Positions 40,529 to 50,136 of a stretch of 64,000 nucleotides of DNA are shown here, piece after piece (within the stretch, counting starts at the first letter, position 1; every line of letters starts with the position of its first letter). Both the position numbers and the translations under genes were made by a program. Source of the stretch: Acidobacteriota bacterium. GTDB taxonomy: Bacteria > Acidobacteriota > UBA890 > WLXD01. The notes beneath the pieces are model-generated. The model did no database searches. It saw only the letters and a list, made by a program, of their open reading frames with translations, and was not told the DNA's origin. Location of the stretch: contig CBDBHB010000008.1 of NCBI GenBank assembly GCA_965205505.1, forward strand, positions 640,001 through 704,000, in the 5' to 3' direction.

Positions 40529-41464
40529 TTACCCGCATTCGCCGTCGGCCTCCGACAGCCAGTCTCGCGGGCGCAGGAAATGCTCGTAGAGCCGCGCTTC
40601 CGGTGTTCCCGGCTCCGGCTGCCAGTCATAGCGCCAGCTGACCTGCGGCGGGAGCGACGCGAGAATCGATTCCACCCGACCTCCCGCTTGCAGCCCGAAG
40701 CGTGTCCCGCGGTCGTATACCAGATTGAACTCGACGTAGCGCCCACGGCGGTAGAGTTGAAAGGCGCGCTCGCGCTCACCGTACGCGGTGTCCTTCCGCC
40801 TCGCCAGGATCGGGCGATACGCGGGGAGGAAATGATCGCCGATGCTACGTAGAAAGGCGAAACAGCGCTCGAACCCTCCTTCGTCCAAATCATCGAAGAA
40901 CAAGCCGCCGATACCGCGCGGCTCCTGCCGATGAGGCAAGAAAAAGTACTCGTCGCATGCGGCCTTGTACTCCGCGTAGACGTGCTCGCCAAAGCTCCGA
41001 CACGCCTCGTACGCGGTGCGATGCCAATGCACCGCGTCTTCCTCGAAGCCGTAGTACGGCGTCAGATCGAAGCCGCCCCCGAACCACCAGGAGGTGTCGC
41101 CGCCCTTGCCGTCGGTGACGAAGCAACGCAGGTTGCAGTGCGAAGTTGGTGCGTAAGGGTTCAGCGGGTGGACGATGAGCGACAACGACGCCGCCTGAAA
41201 GCTCTGGCCGGCGAGCTCGGGTCGGCGCACCGTCGCAGCTTCCGGCATTCGCGCCCCCACCGTGTGCGAGAAGTTCACCGCTGCTCGCTCGAGCACGGCC
41301 CCGTCACTGAGCACCCGCGGTCGCGCCGAGCCGCCGCCCTCACGTTCGAGGGTCAGAGATTGAAATCGTGCCACCCCATCCTCTTGCTGCAGGGCAGCGC
41401 AGATCTGATCCTGGAGATCGAGAAGGTATCCGCGCACGGCGTCAGCGCCCAGATCAGACATCAT
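40529..41464 (-). CDS. hemF: Oxygen-dependent coproporphyrinogen III oxidase
   Basis: [46 protein letters not shown] and [16 protein letters not shown]. Confidence 0.97.
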   Translation of the reverse strand: MMSDLGADAVRGYLLDLQDQICAALQQEDGVARFQSLTLEREGGGSARPRVLSDGAVLERAAVNFSHTVGARMPEAATVRRPELAGQSFQAASLSLIVHPLNPYAPTSHCNLRCFVTDGKGGDTSWWFGGGFDLTPYYGFEEDAVHWHRTAYEACRSFGEHVYAEYKAACDEYFFLPHRQEPRGIGGLFFDDLDEGGFERCFAFLRSIGDHFLPAYRPILARRKDTAYGERERAFQLYRRGRYVEFNLVYDRGTRFGLQAGGRVESILASLPPQVSWRYDWQPEPGTPEARLYEHFLRPRDWLSEADGECG

Positions 41465-41515
41465 CGGAGCACAGTGTAGCTGCCGGTGGCAGGAAGCAAC
41501 TTCGGCCGGCTCGCC

Positions 41516-42874
41516 TCAATGGATCAGGAAGATCTCCTCGTTCAGCGGCTGAATGAACTCGACGCCTCTGCTGGTGACCAGCTGCGGGTTCGAGATATTG
41601 AAGGCGAGCGGGTAGCCGGGACGCTCGTCGATGTTCATGTGAACCATGTACTCGAACGCGAAGAGGTGGTTTTCCTGGATCTTCAGATGGTGCGTGTTCG
41701 AGCGAAAGGCAGCCATGGAGGGACCCAGGTCGCCGTAGTTGCCGAAGGCGTGGTTGTCGATCGAGAAGCCGGGCTGATCGGTGTTGGCCAGAGCCTCCTG
41801 AATCATCTCGTAGTCTTCGGTGCCGATGTCGCGGAAGGGCGTGTACATATAGCCTGCGGCCTCCATCGCAGCGACCATCGCGTCGAGCGACTCCTTGGCG
41901 GTCATGCCGACCTTCATGTGGTCGCGCATGATCCACTGGCCGGCGATCGCCTTGTCGAAAACCTCCTGTAGGAAATCAGGGACTTTGGTCTCGCCCTCGC
42001 GCAGGATGTAGGCGTGGATCTTAGTGTCGACGCTGAAGCCCATGTAGTCGCCGCCGGGGCCACCGCTGCCGCCGACAAACAGGTCGCCCGGCTGCAGGAC
42101 GTACTCGGGGTTGTGGATGAACCAGCGCACGTCAGGTGGCGAGTTGTCGACCGTCATGTCGGGAGTATTGACCGCCGAGTAGTAAACCCGGGCGTTGATG
42201 TCGGCGATGGTCGTCACTCCTGCAACGACCTCGGATAGTCGTTCCTTGGCACGCTGGCGAGCGAGCGCCAGAACCTCGACCTGCGCGGCGATCTCGCGGG
42301 CGGTACGGCGGACGATGAAGTCGCGGATGACGTTCTCGGCCGAGACGATGCGGGCGCTGTACGTCGGCCCGAGGATGCGCTCGAGCTTGAGGTACTCGGA
42401 ATGTGAGATGCCGTCGGCGACCGGCTCCATCTCGGAGGTGTTGACCGCGATGGACTGCGGGTCGCGTTGCTCGACAAAACGGGTGATCTCGTCGTAGACG
42501 CCGGGCTTGTGGTCGTAGCCGGAGATCGCCAGGCCGAGCTCGAGGGAGCCGCGCACGTCGATCTTCTCGACCGCGCCGCCGCGCCCGAACACGGCGCGCT
42601 CGATGCGGTCACCGAGGTCACTAAAGATCAAGTAGCCGGAGGTGCGCCCGAACTGCAGCGCCATCGGATCCGGAGCGCCGGAACGGGTGACGTGAATCCA
42701 CATGTCGACGCCGTTATCACGCATGGCTCCCGGCAAGATAAGGTCGAGCTTGTCGTTGCGCATCAGGCGGAGCGCTTCGGCGTCGGTATCTGCGGTCCGC
42801 GCCGGCAGCTGCGCGTTGGCGGTGGGTACGGCGATCACTACGGCGATCACGAACAGCACGATCCGAGATTTCAT
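41516..42874 (-). CDS. Secreted M24-like (pita-bread fold) protein with a partly altered metal site
   Basis: Same family as 5523..6956 (LP.AMR...DMWI, RDP..I..N, DTKIHAY.L..GET, FEY); first Asp and last Glu ligands not evident. Confidence 0.6.
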   Translation of the reverse strand: MKSRIVLFVIAVVIAVPTANAQLPARTADTDAEALRLMRNDKLDLILPGAMRDNGVDMWIHVTRSGAPDPMALQFGRTSGYLIFSDLGDRIERAVFGRGGAVEKIDVRGSLELGLAISGYDHKPGVYDEITRFVEQRDPQSIAVNTSEMEPVADGISHSEYLKLERILGPTYSARIVSAENVIRDFIVRRTAREIAAQVEVLALARQRAKERLSEVVAGVTTIADINARVYYSAVNTPDMTVDNSPPDVRWFIHNPEYVLQPGDLFVGGSGGPGGDYMGFSVDTKIHAYILREGETKVPDFLQEVFDKAIAGQWIMRDHMKVGMTAKESLDAMVAAMEAAGYMYTPFRDIGTEDYEMIQEALANTDQPGFSIDNHAFGNYGDLGPSMAAFRSNTHHLKIQENHLFAFEYMVHMNIDERPGYPLAFNISNPQLVTSRGVEFIQPLNEEIFLIH

Positions 42875-42915
42875 CACTTCTCCGTCAAAGGCCATGGTAA
42901 GTATGGTGAGTCTGG

Positions 42916-44154
42916 CTACGGCGAGTTGGGGCCAGATGGAACGCGGCCCATCTGCCCCAGGTACCAGCGAATGAAGTCGTTCGTCCACCCTTCGAGCGCC
43001 GAATACGGCCCAGGCTGGTAGCGGCGCGAGGCCACACCACGGCTGTTGGTCTCGATGATCACGGCATCCTGCTGCGTGGTGAGGTCCCACATCCACTTGA
43101 GGCGGTCGACGTCGTAGTCCACTCCCTCCTCGGCATCTTCGTGGACGAGCCAGGTCAAACATACCTCGGTGAGATCCGCGCTGACCGGCGAGAACCGGAA
43201 CATCGTAGCGTAGTCATTCGGGACCACGACGAAGCCGAAGTAGCCGAACCCCATGCTGGTGACACCGCCATCGTACTCGGTGAACTCACCCATGAGCGGC
43301 GCCACCGGCTTGCCGTCTTCCGAGCAGGTCTGGAAGCCCTCCCGGATGGGATCTCGATAGGCGGCGAACCGCGGCACACCGTTGGCACCATCCGCCCGGA
43401 TCGCCTCGGTGATATAGCCGAGCGCCTCGGCCCTCTCGGTCCACTGCTCGCGGAGCCCACCGAAGGCTCGTGCGGTGTTGGAGTCGGGGTGCTCCTCGGC
43501 ACGTACATAGGCATTGACCGAGGTGTACTGCGGGTGGCTGCTGGTGCAGTGGTAGCACTCCAGGAAGTTCTCCAGGGTGAGCTTCCAGTTGCCGTGCGTC
43601 GGGTACCGGGCGACGTGGGCGACCTTGCTGCGCGCCGTTCCGTGAAGGCGCAGGTAGGGGGTCATCGCCTCGATCGCAGCGTCGAGGTCAGGCGCCGCGT
43701 CGCTCAGGCAGACGAAGATCAGGCCTTCCGACACACGCACCTGACAGCGGTGCAACCCGAACTCCGAGGCGTCGAGGTCGGGGCTGATGTGCCGCCAGGC
43801 GACCAGCTCGCCGTCCAGGTCGTACGCCCAAGCGTGATAGTTGCAGACGAGGCGCTTGTGGTTGCCGCTGGCCTGCTCGCAGATTCGGGAGCCGCGATGC
43901 CGGCAGACGTTAAAGAACGCGTTCACCGCGCCCTCCTCGCTTCGAATCACGATGATGGATTCGCCGGCGATCTCGAACAGGAGGTAGTCTCCGGCCTCGG
44001 GGATTCGGGACACGTGATCGACCAGGAGCCACTGGCGCATGAACACACGGTCCATCTCGCGCTCGAAGATCTCGGGATCGCGATAGAACGGTTGCTCCAG
44101 CGAAAACCCCGGACGCTGTCTGTCAATCAGCTCGGAAAGCCTGGGGCGCTCCAA
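42916..44154 (-). CDS. Rieske non-heme iron oxygenase alpha subunit (GbcA/betaine demethylase-like)
   Basis: NVCRHRG..CNYHAW Rieske motif; NWKL..ENFLECYHC...HP; QD..I.E..RG..S..Y.PGPYS. Confidence 0.85.
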   Translation of the reverse strand: MERPRLSELIDRQRPGFSLEQPFYRDPEIFEREMDRVFMRQWLLVDHVSRIPEAGDYLLFEIAGESIIVIRSEEGAVNAFFNVCRHRGSRICEQASGNHKRLVCNYHAWAYDLDGELVAWRHISPDLDASEFGLHRCQVRVSEGLIFVCLSDAAPDLDAAIEAMTPYLRLHGTARSKVAHVARYPTHGNWKLTLENFLECYHCTSSHPQYTSVNAYVRAEEHPDSNTARAFGGLREQWTERAEALGYITEAIRADGANGVPRFAAYRDPIREGFQTCSEDGKPVAPLMGEFTEYDGGVTSMGFGYFGFVVVPNDYATMFRFSPVSADLTEVCLTWLVHEDAEEGVDYDVDRLKWMWDLTTQQDAVIIETNSRGVASRRYQPGPYSALEGWTNDFIRWYLGQMGRVPSGPNSP

Positions 44155-44158
44155 GGTG

Positions 44159-44928
44159 TCAATCCTCTCCGGCTAGCTCGAGCAGAGCGCTGCTGATACC
44201 CGCAGTGGTGCCACCGTCAACGGCGATGGCCTGCCCGGTAATATAGCCACAGTCTCCGGCGCACAGAAAGTGGATCGCGGCGGCGATCTCGTCCGGCTTG
44301 GCGAGCCGGCCGAGCGGCGCCGTGCGATACGCCGCTCTGACGATGTAGGCCACATCCTCCTCGTGCGCCAACGGCGTGTCGACGACGCCAGGACACACGC
44401 AGTTGACTCGAATGCCCCTGGGGGCGAGTCGATCGCAGCGGTCTTGGTCAATCCGACCAGAGCCCACTTGGCGGCAGCGTAGGCACCGAGATCGGGGACG
44501 CCGCGAAGACCCGCGATCGAGGACGTGTTTACGATCGCTCCACCCTCTTCCATTCGCACCGCCGCGTACCGCATGCCGAGTAGCGCGGTGACTGTGTTGA
44601 GTCGGAAATCATACTCCAGCGCCTCGATTTCCAAGCTGTCCAGCCCCGCAGGCGGGGTCCCGCCGCCGACGTTGTTCACCATGATATCGAGCCGCTCGTA
44701 ACGCTCGAGCGTGGTATCGATCAGGTTGGCCACGTCCTGTTCCCGGGTAAGGTCGGCGCGCACGAACAGCCCGTCGACGCGAGCCGCCAACTCGGTGCCA
44801 TCCTGAATATCGGCAATCACCACGGCGGCACCGGCGGCCGCGAGCCTCTCGACCGTGGCCAGCCCGATGCCCGAGGCCCCGCCGGTGACCACTGCGACCC
44901 GGCCGTCGAGATCGAACATCCGCCTCAT
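44159..44928 (-). CDS. SDR-family oxidoreductase (frameshift ~44430)
   Basis: VTGGASGIG, NNVG, SSIAG and YAAAK; then LAPRGIRVNCVCPG..YITGQAIAVDGG in the next frame. Confidence 0.85.
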
Positions 44929-45062
44929 CTCATCTGTCGGAGGTACCAGTCCACGAACTGCCGCGTGAAGCCCTCGAGCAGCGAGTAGGGTCCAGGAGAG
45001 TAGCGCATCGACTCCAGGCCGCGCTGGTTGTTCTCGATAAGAACCTGGTCCTGGCGCGTGGA
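44925..45062 (-). pseudogene. 3' remnant of a second Rieske oxygenase
   Basis: TRQDQVLIENNQRGLESMRYSPGPYSLLEGFTRQFVDWYLRQMR* aligns with the C-terminus of 42916..44154; its stop overlaps the SDR ATG (ATGA). Confidence 0.75.
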
Positions 45063-45225
45063 TGATGTCGACGACCTCGTTCGTAACCGGGTCGATGAGG
45101 TGGACGTTGTCGCCGGCAGCGTTCGTCTGGATGATGCGGACCGTCCCCGTCTGGGCGCCCACGCTGCCTGAAAGACAAGCAATCGCCAGCGTCAGAACGA
45201 TAGATCGCGGGGGCACGCAGCTCAT
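45060..45225 (-). pseudogene. 5' remnant of a secreted YncE/YVTN beta-propeller-like gene
   Basis: AGGAGG RBS, signal peptide and VRIIQTNAAGDNVHLIDPVTNEVVDII, then an abrupt switch to Rieske sequence. Confidence 0.6.
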
Positions 45226-45427
45226 TTCCGCCTCCTGCCGGGATCCGGGCCCCGGAACGGAAAGCACGTACGGCACCGACTCCGGCAAGTGTAGGCGGAC
45301 CGCAAGTGCTGGGGCGGCCAACCCGGGCCCGCGGGTAATTCGCAGAAGACCGCGATAACCTGATCGGCCGAGATAGCGACGATACGCGCTGCCCCGAACG
45401 CTTGACGACACCACAGGAGAGCTTCCC

Positions 45428-46276
45428 ATGAAGACGCGGTTCCTCGTCTCGATCACGCTGCTTACATGCCTGACCCTTACGGCGCCGCTCTACGCACAAC
45501 AGGGCAACCAGAAGGACATGATGACCTTCGAGCGACCCATCGCAATGCCCGACAACGTCTGGATCGAAGAGCTGACGATGCTCGAGGTGCGCGACCTGTT
45601 GCGCTCCGGGACCAACACAGCGCTCATCCTCACCGGCGGCATCGAGGAGAACGGCCCCTATCTCACCACCGGCAAACACAACCACGTCCTGCGGGTGATG
45701 GGCGACGCTATCGCGCGCCAGCTGGGCAACACGCTAGTGGCCCCGATCGTCACCATCGAGCCCGGAGACCCGGAGACCGCCAGCTCTCCCGGCGGCATTC
45801 GCTACTCGCAAGAGACCTATCGTGCCGTGCTGCGCGACTACGCGACCAGCCTGAAGGCACAGGGCTTCACGAGGATCTTCATGCTGGGCGACAGCGGCGG
45901 CAATACGCGCGGCCTGGCTTCTGTTGCCGACGAGCTTTCCAATGCCTGGGAGAACGAGGGCGTGGTCGTGGCGCACATTCCCGAGTACTACAACTACAGC
46001 GACGTCCACGCGTACCAGCGCGACGTTCTCGGCGTCGACGAGGACCCTCGGCTCGAGGGCTTGCACGACGACTACTACATCACGACGATGATCATGAACG
46101 ATGATCCACAGTTCGTTCGCTTCGAGCAGCGCGTGCAGGCCGACAAGGCGTCGATCAACGGAATCGACATCACCCCGATCGGCGAGGCACTGCAGCATGG
46201 TCGGCGACTCATCGAGTTTCGCGCCAATGCCACGGTTGAGGCCATCCATCGAGTGATCGCAACACACGGCCATTGA
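45428..46276 (+). CDS. Creatininase-family protein, secreted, divergent
   Basis: WIEELT..EVR, GGIEENGPYL, GF..I..LGDSGGN and GLHDD; signal peptide. Confidence 0.7.
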   Translation: MKTRFLVSITLLTCLTLTAPLYAQQGNQKDMMTFERPIAMPDNVWIEELTMLEVRDLLRSGTNTALILTGGIEENGPYLTTGKHNHVLRVMGDAIARQLGNTLVAPIVTIEPGDPETASSPGGIRYSQETYRAVLRDYATSLKAQGFTRIFMLGDSGGNTRGLASVADELSNAWENEGVVVAHIPEYYNYSDVHAYQRDVLGVDEDPRLEGLHDDYYITTMIMNDDPQFVRFEQRVQADKASINGIDITPIGEALQHGRRLIEFRANATVEAIHRVIATHGH

Positions 46277-46352
46277 GTTGACAGATAGCCAACTCTTTAA
46301 CCACCCTCAGAGGATCGATCCCGGAATCACGCTATCGTGGAGGCTCCCTCAC

Positions 46353-48854
46353 ATGCGCCAGATCCGCTTACCCCGCATCGACCGAATGCAGCATTCCGCA
46401 TACCTCGCGGCTCTGCTGATCGCCGGCTTCGCCGCGACCGCCATCGCGCGGCCGCAGATGCCGACCGATGCCCGCTACCAGACGCCGTCGCCGGAGCTCG
46501 TGGCACTCGCCGACGCCCCGAACACGCCGCTGGTATCGGTCAGTCCCGACGGTGTTCGAATCGTGCTCATGGAGGTCCCGTCGCTAGGGACGATCGCCGA
46601 CCTGGCGCAACCTGAGCTGCGCATAGCCGGATTGCGCATCAACCCGCGCACCAACGGCCCGAGTCGCGATCGCTATTACACCGGCCTGACGATCCGCCGG
46701 CTGTCGGATGGCGCCGCGATGCCGGTAGCCGGCCTGCCGGCCGCGCCGCATCTAGGCAACCTGTCCTGGTCTCCCGACGGCGCGTGGATCGCGCTTACGC
46801 ACCAGGTCGACGGCGGCATCGAGCTGTGGATCGTCGATACGGAGCTGGCAACCGCACGTCGCCTTGTCGGCCCGCGTGTCAACGGCTCATACGGACGCCC
46901 CTTCGTCTGGAACAGCGACAGCACCTCCATGGTTGCTCGCGTGGTACCTGAAGACCGCGGACCAGCACCCGAGCGCTCGCCCGTTCCGACCGGCCCGGTG
47001 ATCCAGCAGAGCGCCGGGCGGGAAGCACAGGCACGCACCTACCAGGACCTTCTCGCAGACGCTCACGACGAAGCGCTGTTCGAGCATCATCTGAGCGCGC
47101 GCGTCGCCATCGTCGGGCTCGACGGCAGCCTCGAGGAGATCGGCGCCGGCGGCTTGATAAGCCGTGCCGAGCCCTCGCCTGACGGCAAGTTCCTGCTGGT
47201 AGAGACGCTCCACCGGCCCTTCTCGTACACCGTACCGGTGCGGCGGTTCCCGCGCCGTATCGAGGTGTGGGCAAGAGACGGCACCGGGGTGAAGACGATC
47301 GCCGACCTGCCGTTGGGCAACGAGATTCCACCGGGGTTCGACTCGGTGGCCGCCGGTCCACGCGCCGTCGGGTGGCGCGACGGGACCGATGCGACGCTGC
47401 ATTGGGTGGAGGCGCAGGACGGCGGCGATGCACGAGCGAACAGCGCGGTTCGCGATCGCATGCTGCTACTTACCGCCCCGTTCGAGGGCGAGGCACGCGC
47501 GATAGCCGATCTCGGCGCGCGCTTCCGGGATGTGCAATGGGGCGCGGGCAACCTAGCGTTGGTGAGCGAGTATTGGCGTCGCAACCGCCAGACGCGAACC
47601 TGGGTGATACGACCCGACTCCATCGACGCCAGCCCCGAACTGCTGTGGAGTCGGTCGTCCGAGGATCGTTACAGCGACCCGGGCCGGCCGGTAACCAACC
47701 ACACTGACCGTGGCTCCGTCCTGGCCACCTCCGACGACGGCGCGGTGCTCTTCTTGATCGGACGAGGCGCCTCGCCCGAAGGGACCCGGCCATTCGTCGA
47801 CAAGCTCGACTTGCGCAGCGGCGACAGCGAGCGTTTGTGGCGCTCCGAAGCCCCCTACTACGAGATGCCTGTCGCCCTGCTAGACACGGAGGGCAAGCGC
47901 TTGCTCACGCGGCGCGAATCGGTAGACGAGCCCCCCAATTACTTCGTGCGCGACCTCGTCGACGACAGCCTGCAGCGCATCACCAGCTTCCCGCACCCGA
48001 CGCCGCAGCTCGCCGGCGCCACCAAGCAACTGGTGCACTATGAGCGCGCCGACGGAGTGCAGCTCACCGGCACTCTCTACCTTCCCCCCGGACACAGCGA
48101 GGGCGACGGCCCTTTGCCGATGTTGATGTGGGCCTACCCCATCGAGTTCAAGGACGCCAGCTTCGCCGGGCAGGTCTCCAATTCGCCCTACGAGTTCACC
48201 CGCATGAGCTACTGGGGCGCCTTGCCAATGCTCACACAGGGGTGGGCAGTCTTCGACGATCCGAAGCTGCCAATCATCGGCGAGGGCAACGAGGAGCCCA
48301 ACGACGGCTACCGCGAACAGCTGGTCGCAGGCGCGGCGGCGGCGGTGAAGACAATGGTCGATCGCGGCGTCGCCGACCCCGATCGAATCGCTATCGGCGG
48401 CCACTCCTACGGCGCGTTCATGACCGCGAACCTGCTGGCGCACTCCGACTTGTTCCGCGCCGGGATCGCGCGCTCGGGCGCCTACAACCGCACGTTGACG
48501 CCATTCGGCTTTCAGTCGGAGGAGCGCACGTTCTGGAAGGCGCCGGAGGTGTATTTCGCCATGTCTCCCTTCATGCACGCCGACAAGGTCAACGAGCCGA
48601 TCTTGATGATTCACGGCGTCGCCGACAACAACTCCGGCACATTCCCGGTTCAGAGCGAGCGTTTCTTCGCGGCGCTGCAGGGCCACGGTGCATCCGCACG
48701 CCTGGTGATGCTGCCGCACGAGAGCCACGGCTATCGGGCCCGCGAATCGATCCTCCACATGCTCTGGGAGCAGTCTGAGTTCCTGGCGCGCTATGTCGAG
48801 CACGGGCCGCCTCGGGGCGAGATAACCGAAGGCTCCGCCGACGCCGGACACTAG
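46353..48854 (+). CDS. S9 peptidase, glutamyl endopeptidase (S9D)-like, secreted
   Basis: ARTYQDLL, WAYP.EF, GGHSYGAFMTANLL, RSGAYNRTLTPFGFQ, DNNSGT and ESHGY. Confidence 0.88.
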   Translation: MRQIRLPRIDRMQHSAYLAALLIAGFAATAIARPQMPTDARYQTPSPELVALADAPNTPLVSVSPDGVRIVLMEVPSLGTIADLAQPELRIAGLRINPRTNGPSRDRYYTGLTIRRLSDGAAMPVAGLPAAPHLGNLSWSPDGAWIALTHQVDGGIELWIVDTELATARRLVGPRVNGSYGRPFVWNSDSTSMVARVVPEDRGPAPERSPVPTGPVIQQSAGREAQARTYQDLLADAHDEALFEHHLSARVAIVGLDGSLEEIGAGGLISRAEPSPDGKFLLVETLHRPFSYTVPVRRFPRRIEVWARDGTGVKTIADLPLGNEIPPGFDSVAAGPRAVGWRDGTDATLHWVEAQDGGDARANSAVRDRMLLLTAPFEGEARAIADLGARFRDVQWGAGNLALVSEYWRRNRQTRTWVIRPDSIDASPELLWSRSSEDRYSDPGRPVTNHTDRGSVLATSDDGAVLFLIGRGASPEGTRPFVDKLDLRSGDSERLWRSEAPYYEMPVALLDTEGKRLLTRRESVDEPPNYFVRDLVDDSLQRITSFPHPTPQLAGATKQLVHYERADGVQLTGTLYLPPGHSEGDGPLPMLMWAYPIEFKDASFAGQVSNSPYEFTRMSYWGALPMLTQGWAVFDDPKLPIIGEGNEEPNDGYREQLVAGAAAAVKTMVDRGVADPDRIAIGGHSYGAFMTANLLAHSDLFRAGIARSGAYNRTLTPFGFQSEERTFWKAPEVYFAMSPFMHADKVNEPILMIHGVADNNSGTFPVQSERFFAALQGHGASARLVMLPHESHGYRARESILHMLWEQSEFLARYVEHGPPRGEITEGSADAGH

Positions 48855-48911
48855 TGGCCACTAGTGCCGCGCCCCGTCGCGCTCGCCACAAACGTCACCG
48901 TTTGTGATCAG
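48846..48911 (-). repeat. Degenerate partial copy of the 2731 MITE end, plus palindrome ACTAGTGGCCACTAGT
   Basis: Reverse complement of 48870-48911 CTGATCACAAACGGTGACGTTTGTGGCGAGCGCGACGGGGCG versus 2741-2785 CTGATCATAAGTACGGTGACGTTTGTGGCGCGCGCGACCGGGGCG. Confidence 0.75.
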
Positions 48912-50077
48912 TCTGATTCCGACAACGCCAGCACAGCGAAGGCCGTCGCCAGATCGGACATGAACAGCCTGCGGACGGCCTCGCCCTTATCCCCGCCGTG
49001 CTCGCGGTCGAAGTTGAGCGAGTGCGCCCGCCACGCGGGCGGCGTTTGATCGTTGACTTTCACCGCCCCCTGGCTGGCGCGCAGCCATCTCAGCCCTCGG
49101 TCGACCGCGGGTTGGCTCGCCGACGCGCCCGCTTCCCGGAGCGCATGAACTACCAACCCGGTGGCGTAGCCGTCGGACTTCGCCAGCAGCGTATCGTCCA
49201 GCTCACCCGGAGACTTGAACGGTGCTTCCGACCCGCTCCACCGCCACTCGCCGAGCGACCAGAGCGACCAGCCGCCGTCGTCCTGCTGGCGTTGCTCGAG
49301 CTCCGCGATCAGAGCTTTCTGTTGCGCCGTCGTCAGCAGACCCACGAGCTGCGTTGACGCCAGCAGCACCCACGTACGGTTGTAGAGACTGCGCGTCGCA
49401 TAGCTCGCCCTCAGATACGCGCGAAGTCCCTCGACGCCGGCCGCGGCATGGGGCTGCGTACTCGTCGCGGCCGCGCCGGCCCTGCCGATCGCCAGCGCGG
49501 CAAGCGCCGAGCCGTGATAGACGGCTTCGACCGTCTCGAAGGGTTCCAGGCCGAACTGAAGCCAATCCCAGGCGCCGTCCGAACGCTGAGTCTCCCACAG
49601 CCGCCGCAACGCTCGCTGGGTCACCTCGTCAGACGCGTTCCCGTCGGCAGCGATTACGATCAGCGCGTTGAGGACCGCCTCGGTGCCGCGCGACTCGACC
49701 TTCTTCGTCTCGCTGAACTCGTAGAGAAGCTCGTGATCGGCATACGTTTCCACGCGCTCGATGACCTGCTCGAGCAGCCGGCGCTCCTGAGATGTCGGAG
49801 CCGCGACGCCCATCTCTTGCCTGAGCACCGGACGCGACAGGGCATAGGGAAGGGTCGTGTGGCAGGAGACACAGTTCGTGGTGCCGCTCCCGGTGCGCAG
49901 GGGTGTGCCCTCGGCCAGCCAGATCTCCATGCGCGCGTCGAGATACGTGGCGGCGCCTGCCCGATCCCATTCGTCGCCCTCGGCTGCACGCTGCGACGGA
50001 GCCACCGCGTGGGCCGTGACTCCGGCGAGCACGGTAGCCGCTGCAAGACTGATCGCGAGCCTCATGACGGGCCTCAT
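48908..50077 (-). CDS. Secreted prenyltransferase/squalene-cyclase-repeat (alpha/alpha barrel) protein with CxxCH
   Basis: Signal peptide; CVSCHT; QW-type repeats QRSDGAW and QQDDGGW; SDGYATG and GLRWL. Confidence 0.6.
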   Translation of the reverse strand: MRPVMRLAISLAAATVLAGVTAHAVAPSQRAAEGDEWDRAGAATYLDARMEIWLAEGTPLRTGSGTTNCVSCHTTLPYALSRPVLRQEMGVAAPTSQERRLLEQVIERVETYADHELLYEFSETKKVESRGTEAVLNALIVIAADGNASDEVTQRALRRLWETQRSDGAWDWLQFGLEPFETVEAVYHGSALAALAIGRAGAAATSTQPHAAAGVEGLRAYLRASYATRSLYNRTWVLLASTQLVGLLTTAQQKALIAELEQRQQDDGGWSLWSLGEWRWSGSEAPFKSPGELDDTLLAKSDGYATGLVVHALREAGASASQPAVDRGLRWLRASQGAVKVNDQTPPAWRAHSLNFDREHGGDKGEAVRRLFMSDLATAFAVLALSESD

Positions 50078-50136
50078 TCGGTACCTCTCTGGCTGACTGG
50101 AACGCTCTCAAGTTCCAGGAAACGCTACCACCCTGG

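Noticed and set aside
44173-45456. 427-aa ORF read as a secreted SDR fusion
   Set aside because: Composite of a beta-propeller remnant, an out-of-frame Rieske remnant and the real SDR starting at 44928/44919.
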